Of a stretch of DNA of 64,000 bases, positions 1 through 15,479 are shown piece by piece. Below the pieces are notes generated by a model, which did no database searches, was not told the origin of the DNA, and saw nothing but the letters and a program-made list of their open reading frames with translations. A program made the position numbers and the translations under genes. This stretch comes from the human T2T-CHM13v2.0 reference genome, Homo sapiens. The stretch lies in assembly GCF_009914755.1 (NCBI RefSeq), contig NC_060942.1, one strand, 5' to 3'. Each line of letters starts with the position of its first letter. Position 1 is the first letter of the stretch.

Positions 1-101
1 AATGACAAGCATTTGTCAGCCACCTGGCTGGAATAACCTGCATGGCAGAGTAAGAGAGATGAAACTCACATCTTTAGATATGCCGTGGATTAAAACTCTC
101 T

Positions 102-585
102 GTGGTAGCTTACTCCAAAGGTGGGTGCTGTCATTTCCTTCCTTCCCTGCATGCCCATAGCACTTCTCATTGAGAGGTGAGTCTATTTCTCCAACTTCTT
201 GAGTTTGGAGTTGGCCTGTGAGTGCCTTGCCCTATAAAATATTGTGAAAAAATGGTGTACCAGTTTTGGACTTAAAATTTAAGAGAACTGGCAGTCTCCC
301 TTTGCCTTTCTTTGATTCCTGATCCATCACATACTAAATCCAAGCTACTCTTTTGGAGAGAGAGGGCATACTGAGAAGTACTGAGGGGGGCAGACATTAG
401 CGTGTAGAAGCCATTTGATGATTCCAGTCCCAGCTGCTATCTAACTGCGACCACTTGAGAGACCCCAAATGAGAACTACCCCAGCTGGTCCAGTCAATCC
501 ACAGAACTGGGAGAGATAGTTAATTGTTGTTTCAAGCAAACTATGTTTTGAGATGATTTGTTATCCAGTGATTGATAACTGGAAT
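102..585 (+). mobile_element. MaLR LTR, MLT1H/J-like
   Basis: Typical MLT1 3' end (ttgttgtttcaagc...tttgttatccagtgattgataactggaata); family from recall, boundaries approximate. Confidence 0.55.
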
Positions 586-903
586 ATATTTTCTAGTGAA
601 AAACAGTCTCTCTGAGGTATTTAATGAGGACCTGCTATGTCCTAAGCTTTGGGAAATTAATGCTAGAGATTAGGAATTTAAGTAGGAGACACTGTTTCAA
701 GAAACTTATTGCTTAGTTAGATATATAAGACAAACATGAAACAAAAGTGAAAACTCAAGATAATATGTAATTATGTGTTAAACTAGGTGACATTGACTGT
801 CAGAGCCACAGGAGTTGAAGGCAGAGGGAGGTTGACAAAGACTGAGTGAGTGATAGAAAACATCAGAAACTGCACACAGCTGATCTGGGCCTTGAAGGAT
901 GAT

Positions 904-1320
904 GTGGCAGTTACTGCAGACTGGCTCAATTAACACCTCCTCCTATTCCCCGCTGGCGTGCTTTCCTTTATTTTAGACTGGTTAGCTAAAGACCTCATTT
1001 CCTACATTCCAGTGCAGTTAGACTCCCTCTGGTGACTGGGATGCCTGCATGGAAACATACTTTCATAAAGCCTGGAAGAAGGGAATCAGCAGATGAGGAG
1101 AGAACAAATGGGGAGACCAGGTCTTCTCGCATAGTTTCACAGGTGTTTTGGTCTCAGAGGGCTGGAAGTTGTAGTGGTGGCGGCAGCAGCAAAAGCAGTA
1201 ACAATTTTTGATTCCACAGCTATCCTTCTAGGAGGCTGAAATTTTGAGAGCTGTGACTGGTTGTTTTGCCAACGTGACCAGCATTCAATAAACCCCTGGA
1301 AGTTGAGGCTTAAATAGGCT
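904..1320 (+). mobile_element. ancient ERVL LTR, LTR16/LTR33-like
   Basis: Starts tgtggcag; contains agctaaagacctcatttcc...tgcagttag, resembling the LTR16/33 core; aataaa near the end. Confidence 0.35.
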
Positions 1321-1377
1321 TTCCGGGGAAGAAACACTGCAAATATATTGTTGAATTTCACTATTTAAGGAAGAAGT

Positions 1378-1577
1378 GTATTCTATGTGACCACTGACAA
1401 GAGGGAACACTTCAGAAGCCTGTGCATGGATTCCTCTAGATTCTAACTATGTCTTTTCCCCCTGCTAATCAGTGTAATAAATTATACTTGGGACTAAAAC
1501 TGTTTCTGAGTCCTGTGAGTCCTTGCAGTGGATCTGGTGGATCTAAAAGTGTGGGTGGTTGTGGGATCCCAGAAACA
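1378..1577 (+). mobile_element. MER21/MER77-like LTR 3' fragment
   Basis: gtaataaa...ctgagtcctgtgagtcctt...gggatcccagaaaca resembles the MER21-family 3' end. Confidence 0.45.
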
Positions 1578-1691
1578 TGCATCCATCTTTTTATATTTAA
1601 CATTTGATTTAGTTTGATTTAGGTATGTTTTTGAAAATAGCAAATAACGGTTTTGTGAGTCAGGTTTAAATCTTTTTCTATTAATAGGTGA

Positions 1692-2000
<309 letters not shown>

Positions 2001-2144
2001 ATGACCATTTATATTTATGTTATGACAGTTATGTTTGGTCTAAACTCTATAATAATAGTCCATAATTACATGTGCTATATTACACTTGTGTTTCTTTTTG
2101 ACGTGCATAGCATTTGCTCTTTTCTTTCAAACATTTGGGGGAAT

Positions 2145-3030
<886 letters not shown>

Positions 3031-4267
3031 TTCCTTTTTAAAAATAGCTTTACTGAGACATAATTCGCATACCATAATTTATAAAGTGATTTTTATATTC
3101 AGAGTTATGCATCCTTTCCCCCAAAAGAAACCCATACCTATTATATTAGCAGTCCCCTCTCCTACCAGCCTCTGGCAACCACTAATCTACTTTCAGTTTC
3201 TATAGATTGGTCTCTTCTGGACATTTCATATAAATGGAATCATACATGTGGCTTTTGCAACTGGCTTCTCTCACTTTCATTTCAAGATCATCCATGTTGT
3301 AGGATCAGTACTTCACTCCTTTTTATGGATGAATTTTTTTGTTATATGGATATATCACATTTTATATATCACGTTCATCAACTGATGGATGTTGGCTTGT
3401 TTGCACTTTTGACAATTATGAATAATGCAGCTATGAACATTTGTATGCAAGTGTTTTCATGTAAATATCTTTTCATTTCTCTTGGAGAAATGAAATCCAG
3501 AAAGGGAATCCAGAAATGGAATTGCTGGGCCATACAGTAACTCCAATCTTTTGAGGAAGTGCCAGACTAGTTTTCAAAGCTGCCGTACCATTTTACATTT
3601 TACATCCCCACCAGCAGTGTATGATATCTTCATATCCTCACCAACAATTGCTGTATCTGTCTTTTTGACTATAGCCATCCTAGTGGGTGTGAAGTGAAAT
3701 CTCATTATGGTTTTGATTTGTATTTCCCTAATGGCTAATGGTGATAATCATCTTTATGTGTGCTCACTGGCCATTTGTGTATCTCTGGAGAAATGTCTAC
3801 CCTGATCCTTTAAAATTGAATTATTTGTCTTTTTTTGAGTTGTAAGAGTTCTTTGCAGATCTGTAAGTTCCTTTTCATATATATGATTTACAAATATCCT
3901 CTCCTATTTTTTGGATTGTTTTGTCACTTTCTTGACTATATCCTTAAAAGCACAAACATTTTAAATTTTGATTAAACCCAATTTATCTATTTTTCTTTTG
4001 TTGCTTATGCTTTTGTGATATGTAAGAATCCAGTGCCTAACTCAATGTCACTTAAAAAAGGAACCTAAGGCCTGTTTTCTTCCAAGAGTCTTATGGTTTT
4101 GGCTCTTACATTTAGGTCTAAGATACTTTTGGAGTTAATTTTTGTATATAATTTGAGGTAGAGGTCCAATTTCATTATTTTACATGTGGAAATCCAGAAC
4201 CATTTGTTGAAAAACTATTTTTTCCCATTGAGAAGTCTTAACATATTTGTCAAAAATCAATGAATCA

Positions 4268-4571
<304 letters not shown>

Positions 4572-5164
4572 TCAATGAATCATAAATATGATGTTTATTT
4601 TTGGACTCTCAATCTTATTTCATTGATCTACATTTCTAGTTTTATGCCACTACCACTCTGAAGACAACTGTGGCTTTAAATTTTTTAAATTGTATTAAAA
4701 TACACATAACATAAAATCATCATTTTAGTCAATTTTAAGTGTACAGTTAAGTGGCATAAAGTACATTCACACTGTTGTACAACCATCACCAGAACTTTTC
4801 CATCATCTCAAATATAGTATAGGGAAATGTGAGTAAGAGGAACTTTTTTCCTGTTTTGGAAAGAAAAGTTTATCTTGGCTACTCTGGGTCTCTTGCATTT
4901 CTATATTATATTTTAGGATTAAATTAGCTTCCTGATTTCTACAAAAGAGACAGTTGAGATTTTGATGGGAACTGGAGATGTGAGATTTGTAGATCAATTT
5001 GGGGAGTAACAGATTTTAACAATATTAACTCTTCCAATCCATAAACATGGTATGTCTTCTCATTTATTTTGGTCTTCTTTAATTTCTTTCCACAGTCTTA
5101 TGTAATTTTCAGTACATAAGTCATGGACATCTTGTGTTAATTTATTCCTATTTTATTCTTTTAT

Positions 5165-5439
5165 TTTTTTTGAGATAGGGTCTCACTCTTGTTGCCCGGG
5201 CTGGAGTGCTGTGGTGTGATCACAGGTCACTGTAGCCTCGAACTCCTGGGCTCAAGCAATCCTCCTATCTCAGCCTCCTGAGTAGCTAGGACTAAGGCAT
5301 GCACCACCACACATGGCTAATTTTAAAATATTTCATAAAGGCTATGTTGCCCAGGCTGGTCTGCAACTCCTGGTCTCAAGCAATCCTCTCACCTTGGCCT
5401 CCCAGTGTTGGGATTACAGGTGTGAGCCACTGTGCCAGC
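5165..5439 (-). mobile_element. AluJ
   Basis: Diverged antisense dimeric Alu. Confidence 0.88.
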
Positions 5440-5520
5440 TACATTTTATTCTTTTCAATACTATTGTAAATTGAATTGTTCTTAGTTTTATTTTTGGATT
5501 GTTCACTGCTGGTGTATAGG

Positions 5521-5521
<1 letters not shown>

Positions 5522-5559
<38 letters not shown>
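5522..5559. repeat. (TG)19 microsatellite
   Basis: Perfect dinucleotide run. Confidence 0.97.
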
Positions 5560-5560
<1 letters not shown>

Positions 5561-5724
5561 ATTCCTTAGGATTTTTTATATACAAGATCATGTCATCTGC
5601 AAACAGATAGCTTACCTTCTTCCTTTTCAATTGGATGTCTTTATTTCATTTTCTTGCCTAATTGCCCTAGCTAGAAACTCCAGTACAATGTTGAAGAGAA
5701 GTGATAAAAGTGGAATTCTTGCCA

Positions 5725-5903
5725 TGCAGAAAAGAGTGAACATAGCAGGCCCGAGACAATAATCCTCAGAAAGGTCTGCCAATCGGGCTGCCAAAATCCT
5801 TTTGTTGTAATGAATCATAGCCATGAGTAGGACTATCTCCTGAGTCCTGTAATCCTTGCGTCAAATCATTGAATCTGGTGTGATCTTGGGGAACCCTAAT
5901 ACA
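5725..5903 (+). mobile_element. internally deleted MER21-type LTR inserted in L1
   Basis: 5' end tgcagaaaagagtgaacatagcaggcc joined directly to 3' end ...ttggggaaccctaataca; L1 sequence resumes afterwards. Confidence 0.6.
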
Positions 5904-6161
5904 ATTTTTGTTCCTGATTTTAAGGGGAAAGCTGCCAGTCTTTCACCATTACATATGATGTTAGATGTGGGTTTTTCATAGATGTCCTTTATCAGGTTGA
6001 GGAAATTCTATCTCTATCCCATCCTATTTCTAGTTTGTTGAGTTTTTTTTAATCAAGAAAGGTTAGATTTTGTCAAATGCTTTTTTTATTAAGATGATTA
6101 TGCAGTTTTTGTCTTATTCTATTAGTAAGTTGTATTATATTAATTGATTTTTTTTAAGTTT

Positions 6162-6283
6162 CTTTTTTTTTAGTGACAGGGTCTTGCTATGTTGTCCAGC
6201 TGGACTTGAACTGGGCTCTAATAACCCTCCCACCACAGCCTCCCCAGTAGCTGGAACTAAAGACATGGGCCACCATGCCCAGC
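6162..6283 (-). mobile_element. FLAM/Alu monomer
   Basis: Single antisense Alu arm after a T tract. Confidence 0.75.
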
Positions 6284-6379
6284 TATTAATTGATTTTCAT
6301 ATGTTAAAACCACTCATTCCTAAATCACACTTGGTCTTGGACTTCTATTAAAAGAGACACAAATTTTAAAAATCAACCA

Positions 6380-7308
<929 letters not shown>

Positions 7309-7799
7309 AAAGAAATGTTCGATAAAAGAAAAACTCTGAGTCATTCAGTGGTGCAAGGTTGGATTCCTTTCAGACCCGACGTAGTTGTCGCCCTGGGAGG
7401 TCGGGTGCATTACTTCCCCCAGAGAAAGGTCTTGGGTTTCGGGGATAATGCCCTGGCTGAGAATGCCTCCTGGGGGGAGATCCAACTTCCCAACCGTCAG
7501 GTGCTTGCTGTGTTCCCTTTGCACGTCTCTGCCCGTCCTTCCTGGGTGGGACCTTGGTTGGCGGTGAGTGGGGGAACCTTCAGGCTTCCCAGCTCTGCCT
7601 CCGAACACTCCTGGCAAACACTTTCAAGGCCTAATCACAAACCCAGGTCCCCCACTTTCCTCTGTAACAACGGAAGTCCCAGCAGCGATGTCCACTCCTG
7701 TTCTGGGGCCAGCGTCGCACCGCTCACCCCGCACCTCATCCCTCCGCTCCTCCTTCCTTCTCCTCCACACCCTCTCGGCACCGTGCCCCCTTTCCTCAC

Positions 7800-7884
7800 C
7801 TAGGATGCGCGTGATGCCCAGGGTCAGCTTCTCCAGGTGCGGCTTGCTGCAGCCCAGCCCCGGGGACGATGCCTCCTCCTCCAT
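7800..7884 (-). CDS. TPGS2: tubulin polyglutamylase complex subunit 2, coding exon 1 (28 codons + 1 nt)
   Basis: Encodes MEEEASSPGLGCSKPHLEKLTLGITRIL, the TPGS2 N-terminus as recalled; strong Kozak gccATGg; donor AG|GTGAGG at 7799; exon 2 not found in window. Confidence 0.95.
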
Positions 7885-7962
7885 GGCTCGCGACCGCGAT
7901 TCGCGCGCGGCGGGAGCGGGTGGAGGGCCGGACCCCGCCTCAGCGCCGAGGCCAATTTCATG

Positions 7963-7981
7963 GCATGCCGGGAACGGTAGT
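7963..7981 (-). promoter_or_regulatory. ZNF143/THAP11-type (SBS) motif
   Basis: Minus strand ACTACCGTTCCCGGCATGC versus consensus ACTACAnnTCCCAGnATGC. Confidence 0.7.
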
Positions 7982-8251
7982 TCTCGGCGCCTGAAAGCGC
8001 GGCGCAGTGATGATGGGGGCCCGGGGTTGGTCTGACAGCAGCAGCTCCGTGGGGCGCCGGTTCCCGCGGCCCCGCCCGGTGCCCCACACCGCACCTCCGG
8101 GACGTAGCTTCCCCTTCGCCCCGACCCTCTCGCCCCGCAGGGGCCGGCCGCGCAGGCGGGGGCGGGCCTCTGCGTGGTGCGGCCAATGGGGACCGAGCCT
8201 GCAGGCCGAGGCGTGGCGGCCCAGGCGCGACGCCCCGAGTGGCGGTTGTTT

Positions 8252-8262
8252 CAAGATGGCGG
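8252..8262 (+). promoter_or_regulatory. YY1 / TISU-like element overlapping the KIAA1328 start codon
   Basis: CAAGATGGCGG(A) versus TISU SAASATGGCGGC and YY1 AAGATGGCGGC. Confidence 0.7.
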
Positions 8263-8313
8263 ACGTGGCGGGCCCCTCCCGCCCCAGTGCCGCGGCGTTC
8301 TGGAGCCGGGACT
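8256..8313 (+). CDS. KIAA1328: hinderin, coding exon 1
   Basis: MADVAGPSRPSAAAFWSRD + 1 nt; followed by GTATCCTTT; joins in frame to exon 2. Confidence 0.93.
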
Positions 8314-10991
8314 GTATCCTTTGCCCGCCTGACAGGGGGCGCCGGCGCCCTCCACGGGACGGCGAGGGGCGAGCCGTCGCGTGGCAGTCCGAGAGCGGAG
8401 GAGAAGCTCCGAACTAACCCCGGGGATGGGGACGTGCTGCTCGGCCCCAGTCTAGGTGCTGGGCTCTCCCCTTGCTTGGGTGTTAGGTGGCCGAGAGACT
8501 GGTACTGTCTGCAGGTGTGGGGACACGGCTCAGATGCTTCCCAGCGCTCACTACCGGTGAGCTCGAGAAAGATAGCCTTGAGTCCAGGCTCAGTCCAGGG
8601 CTGAGATGGCCCTCCGAGGTCCCTCTGCCCACCCTGTCAGAGTGCCCCCAGGCTGACTTGAGTGTGCGGAGCTAGCTCGAAGTTGAGGGAGGAGTCGGTG
8701 TTGGCTGGACAGGGAGCCTTTTTGTTTTGATTTAGGATTGTCTTTAGTCTGCATTGCTAGGAGCAAGTCAGGACCTTTCGGACTTAAAAGGCCCTCCAGT
8801 GATGATGTATTTTAATACTGGGGTTTTAGGAGAGGTGTGGAGCTTGGTTACTGGGATGTGGTCTGGTGGTGCTGGTTACTGCGTAAGATGGGAATCATTG
8901 TGCCTGGAAGTATTGTTGACTTACTTGTGGAGTGCGGGTCACTGGCAGTCATTGAAGTTCTTGGATCGTTGTGAGGTGGAGAAGCAGTGGAACTTTTTAG
9001 TCCAGTGGTAGTATTACCAGTTCAGCAGCAGTGATGAGATGTTTGTGTGACAGGAGTGTTTCTTTCCTTGGAGTAGGTAGACTCTTCTCGCTTGAGCTTT
9101 GGTCCTGATAATTTACTTCACGTTCCTTAGAGGGGTTACTTGAAAGAGGGACGGCAATCTGTGTTACTGAGTGCTTGCAGAGGCAGCTCTTTTTGTGTTT
9201 GCTAGGATTGGTGATGGCATTAATTGAGGCGTTGCTGTTACCTTTGGCAGAATCACTGGGCATTCTTCTTAGCTCCCAGTGAAACTTACAAAACTGTGTT
9301 ATCAACTCCTTTGTTGAGTTACTAGGATTAGTGTCATGTGTAGAGAGAGGGATATGTTTGTATTCTGTGCTGCTCGTGTTTAGTGTTTGCACTTACTAGA
9401 CATAATTACCATTTGTCTCTGATAGGTTGGTGAAAAGCAAATGAAATCATGTACATACACTGTGGATGAAAGCATACTAGTGCAGTGTGCAAATTAAATA
9501 TTTTTTCCTTTACCTTTCAGAAGAGAATATGTGCACTGTGGACAACTGGGCTGAATTAGGAAGTTAGGAAATTGGGATAAGTCTTTTCTCAAGAAACACT
9601 GCTTCTGCATTGACATAATTTTGTGATGGAGGAGATACTTGAAGGTTATTAGCTTATAGCATCCTATGGTACTGTTCAAATATAGAATCAATGGTTTGGG
9701 GGGGGGACAAGCTATTGCAATGGGACTGAATAAGTGTATTAATAGATATATGGACTGAACCTAAGCTCTTGGTCTTCGCACCCAGTACTTTCACTTACTC
9801 ATGTAGTTATATCACCCCCTATTTTATGTAGAAGTCATATATACTCCGTTATCTCTTGTATTCTGACTCCCAACATTTAATGTAAAATATTCGTCCTCTC
9901 ATAGATAGTGAGGAATTGAAATTGTACAGGGGAAAAATGGTGGCGATTATATCCTATAAGATCTAATTCAGATGTATGAAAGGAGTTGCAAAGTTGCTAG
10001 TGTCACCTTTCCCCTCAGACTATTCCACGTAATGACCAGTTAACATCGAGCCTCAGATATTTTCATTTTAAATCTCCATAGAGAATGTCACTGTAAGCAA
10101 TGTCAAATGTAAATTTGTTACTGAATATTTGCTGAAAAGCATAATGATAGTTATTAATCATTTGATTTAGTTACATGTCTTTGCATCTTGATTCCTTTGT
10201 CATATTGATTATTTCCCAGACCACCCTAGAGCCTTTATAGTAGAATTTTCAATAGAAAAAGACCAAAAAGTAAGTACCTATAATCTGGTATTCTTTTCAC
10301 ACTATTGAAAAAAGATTTTCAATACTTCACCTAAACATTTAGAGAAATGTGATGGAGAGATTTCTTAGTCCTTGATGTTTCCATCATGAGAGGACAGATC
10401 ATCTGTGACTCAATGGCACCTTTTTTTTTTATTGTTGTTGTTGTGAGTTATACATCTCCTGCACAGTATGATTCAGCAGTGCTGTTTTGCACAAGGAACG
10501 TTTTAGTACCTCATCTGTAAACAATGAGTGTGTGGTGTTGTCATGTTATGGGTTAAATCTTCCAGCAAAATATGCTCCTTCAGTTTAAGTTGCCTTTGTC
10601 CTTCATTACAGTTCCTAGTAATGTCAGAATGAGTTAGTGTTTCAGCAGTACCTAAATTTGACTGCTTAAATGCACTCAAGTGTATTACCATTAGCAATAT
10701 CATGGACTTGATATTAAAAAATATGAACTGCAAGTGACCTGGTCAAAACATTGCAATATAATCTCTGCTGTTGAGTTTTCAAATGGAAACAAAGACTGTA
10801 TGTTGTGGTAAAAATAATATATTAGCCCAGAAAGTCTCTGTGGTTGATAATAATTACATATACATGTATTGCTGGCAAAACTCAGCAGATTAGAGTAGAA
10901 TGGGCAGTACTGAACTTATTTCCTTCAAATCCTGGAGGTCTGGGATAGAGGTGCATCTTCCTCTCTACCACTTCTGCCTGGGTTTCTAATT

Positions 10992-11153
10992 ACAGTTAGC
11001 CCTCTGTATCTGCTGATTCATTCAAATGTGGATGGAAAATATTTGAGAAAAAAAAGAAATAGCACACAAAAAAATACAAATTAAACTGTACAATTTAACT
11101 ACTATTTATATAGCATGTACATTGTTTTAGGTATTATAAATAATCTAGAAATG
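10992..11153 (+). mobile_element. MER2-like TcMar-Tigger fragment
   Basis: tacagttagccctctgtatc terminus and tacattgttttaggtattataaataatctaga motif. Confidence 0.6.
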
Positions 11154-11421
11154 ACCCACTAGTAGGCCCACTATACATTTGGTATATAATGTGTCTGTTT
11201 GACTTCCCCATAAAATATACATTTGTTGGGAAATTCTAGATTTGAAGGAGGTAAATATTTGGGTTCTTAATATAATGAGATGAAAATACATTACAAATTA
11301 TTAGAAAGGATAGAGGCAATTTCAAATATTGTTATTAAAAATATTGAAGTAGTTTGTTTAGAGTTTTATATATTTGAAAATAAATTTGTCATGGATGTAG
11401 CTGAAAGTAAAAGGTTTTGTT

Positions 11422-11725
11422 GGCCGCTTGCGGTGGCTCACACCTGTAATCCCAGCATTTTGGGAGGCCAAAGCAGGTGGATCACAAGGTCAGGAGTTCA
11501 AAACCAGTCTGGCCAACATGATGAAACGGCCGTCTCTACTAAAACTACAAAAAAAATTAGCCAGGTGTGGCGGCGGGCACCTGTAATCCCAGCTACTCGG
11601 GAGGCTGAGGCAGAGAATTGCTTGACCTAGGAGGTGGAGGTTGCAGTGAGCTGAGATCAAACCGCTGCACTCCAGCCTGGGTGGCAGAGCGAGACTCTGT
11701 CTCAAAAAAAAAAAAAAAAAAAAAA
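11422..11725 (+). mobile_element. AluS
   Basis: Full sense Alu with A tail. Confidence 0.92.
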
Positions 11726-11789
11726 GTTTTGTTTGCATATTTAGAATCACAGAAATATAACATATAAGGTTGTTGGACAACACCTCATA

Positions 11790-12810
<1,021 letters not shown>

Positions 12811-13247
12811 TGAAAACAGTGTGTTATAATCATAGCCTTTCTAAATTTCTCCTTTTGAAATTCAAAATAGTTCTTTTTGTCTTAAATTTCTTCTACTTTT
12901 TAAATAGTAGGGCTTCTTGGGATATTTTATGAATACACTGTAGAAGAATAAATAATGTCTTTGTGTTTGCATGATTGACTTGCCCTCAGTGTTTGTTCTT
13001 CAAAGCTAAAGTCTATCTTGAAATTATTTACTCTTCAGAATTGTCAGTTCCTCAGTAATGACCAAACTGGAGCACTTAAGTTTTTGTTTACAAAAGGAAA
13101 GGAACCTAATAGTAGAGTATATATTGCAGGGTAACCCACTTGAGAGTGGATAAAAGTTTCATGGAACAAGACCTTCCAAGATTTTTATAAGATGTGTAGT
13201 TGTGAATATATAAAGGTGAACTTTTAGAGAATATTAATTTTGCTACA

Positions 13248-13318
13248 TTTAATTCAATTACTTTGCTTTCTAACTTTGTTTTTAATTCAATTACTTTGCT
13301 TTCTAACTTTGTTTTTAA
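13248..13318. repeat. perfect 33-bp tandem duplication
   Basis: tttaattcaattactttgctttctaactttgtt at 13248-13280 and 13281-13313. Confidence 0.95.
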
Positions 13319-13438
13319 AAGTTAGTTACAAATTCCCAGGTCAAAAGAAATTATGAATTATAAGAGGTATACAGAACAGAAGCAGCATTTGGATGCCGGA
13401 TAATATTATTGTATTTTCCTTCATGTTCTCCTGCGTAG

Positions 13439-13474
13439 TTTCTGATGAAGAACAATCAGTAGTATACGTTCCAG
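13439..13474 (+). CDS. KIAA1328: hinderin, exon 2 (36 nt, phase 1-1)
   Basis: tag|TT TCT GAT...CCA G|gtatga; encodes (F)SDEEQSVVYVP(G). Confidence 0.92.
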
Positions 13475-14005
13475 GTATGATTTTCTATGTTAAAATTTGG
13501 GAAGCTTACTTTGGTCCTTAAATGTTAGAAGAAAATAAAGCTATTAGAACAATGTTGCGGGTATAAATAACTGAATGCAGAGCAGTACATCAAAACCTAA
13601 AATTTGTTTTTTTTGAATATTTGTCATAACCCTATTAAGGTTTGAAATACTGGCTTATCTTTGGGATTGGCTGGCCCAATCAGCTTTTAATGAACTTGTA
13701 GAACACTTCATGTGGCAAGGGGCAAAAGATTCTTTTCTTATTTTTTCTTTTACAAATGATAGCCAAATTTAATATTTCAAATAAAAGTGTGACTACTGCT
13801 TGATACAGGGTATATGTAAGAGGCACTTCAAGTTTAATGGTTGTAACTAGATGGTAGTAAAGCAACTATTGAAGGCACCCTCATTATATAGGGTGAAAAA
13901 TATCATTGATTTCCCCTAAGTTAACATATATTTGGCATATCGTAATTTATTGGTTTTAATGTGACTTATGAATATTTACAGTACCCTTTACAAATATTTC
14001 AGTTA

Positions 14006-14137
14006 AGCTGGATGTGGTTGCTTGATCCTGTAGTTCCAGCTACTCCAGAGGCTGAGGTGGGAGGATTGCTTGAGCCCAGGAGTTCAAGTCCAGCCTGGAT
14101 AGACATAGGAAGACCCTGTCTCTTTAAAAAAATAAAT
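14006..14137 (+). mobile_element. FLAM monomer
   Basis: Single Alu-like arm with A-rich tail in intron 2. Confidence 0.8.
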
Positions 14138-14339
14138 ATAAAAACAAATTTCAATTCAATCTTTAGTGTATTTCTTTAAAACATATTCTTTTTATGATTC
14201 ATATATTAAGAGCTTTAAAATTAAGTTTATAAAGTAAGAGAGTTTCCTCCATCAGGTCCCTTAAAGTAGAGGATTCCAAGGAAGGAGTTGATGGGGGAGG
14301 GTTTAAGATAATAAGGTATAATTTTGAAATCTTGTTTAA

Positions 14340-14561
<222 letters not shown>

Positions 14562-15056
14562 TAGAAGAACCTTTGAAGGTATACTAGGTGATCAACAAAC
14601 ATTCTTAAAAGATACAGAGGATTCCAGGATCCTTTGATGATGCCAGGTTTGAGCCTAAATTATCTGGATTACTCAAGGGTTTTGCTCCAAAACATCTGAC
14701 TTGCTGTAAGCATTAGCCATGATAATGTATTATCTTGATATGTCTCAAAAGAACTACATTCTGATCTGTGTGGCATTGGTAAATCAAACTGATGAGAATT
14801 GCTTTTTAATTAGGCATCCTTTTTGATTTTTATTCTTGTGAATTTATTTGATAGATGAACCCTCGTAAAGATGAGGGACAAATCAATGACTAGGCATAGT
14901 AATAGTATCGGTGCATTCCTTTGGCACATGTCCTATCTGACCAGTTTATTTTACTTTAATTTTTGTTATATTTTCCCTCTGCAACCAGAGTTGTTCAATA
15001 CCACTTCACACTCACTAGGATGTCTACACAAAACTTGTATATGAATGTTCTGGAAT

Positions 15057-15243
15057 CTATAACCTGTGGACCAAATCCTTCTGCCTGTTTTATAAATAAA
15101 GGTTTTTTGGAATACAGCTGTGCTCATTGTTTTACATAATTGTCTATGGTTGCTTTTGTGTTACAATAGCAGGGTTGCTACAGAGACTGCATGCCCACAA
15201 GCTAAAAACATTTACTATCAGACCTTTTATAGAAAACTTTTTT
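15057..15243. mobile_element. MER58-like hAT-Charlie element
   Basis: aaataaagg...tggaatacagc...aaaacatttactatc...tttatagaaaa MER58A motifs. Confidence 0.65.
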
Positions 15244-15479
15244 CAGTCTGTGAATTATGTTCTCAAAGATATTTCCAGTGCCTCATTTATTACTACAGGA
15301 TTTTACTGTGATTGAATCAAAAGGCCTACTTTACGTTACTTGTACCAGTGTACCCACTTCACACTGGGGTGTGAATAGTTGAATTTGCAAGTTCTTATCA
15401 AAAAAAGTTAAAAAATGTTTTTTCACATAATGGTTGATTTGTTTTACATTGAACAATAGCCTTCTTTTAGATTAAGTTC

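Larger units (their letters stand above)
7640..8480. promoter_or_regulatory. CpG island / bidirectional promoter of TPGS2 and KIAA1328
   Basis: GC- and CpG-rich block in a CpG-poor window; divergent ATGs at 7884(-) and 8256(+); CCAAT 7952-7956 and 8183-8187; GC boxes ~8155-8168; ETS-type CGGAAGT 7671-7677. Confidence 0.92.
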
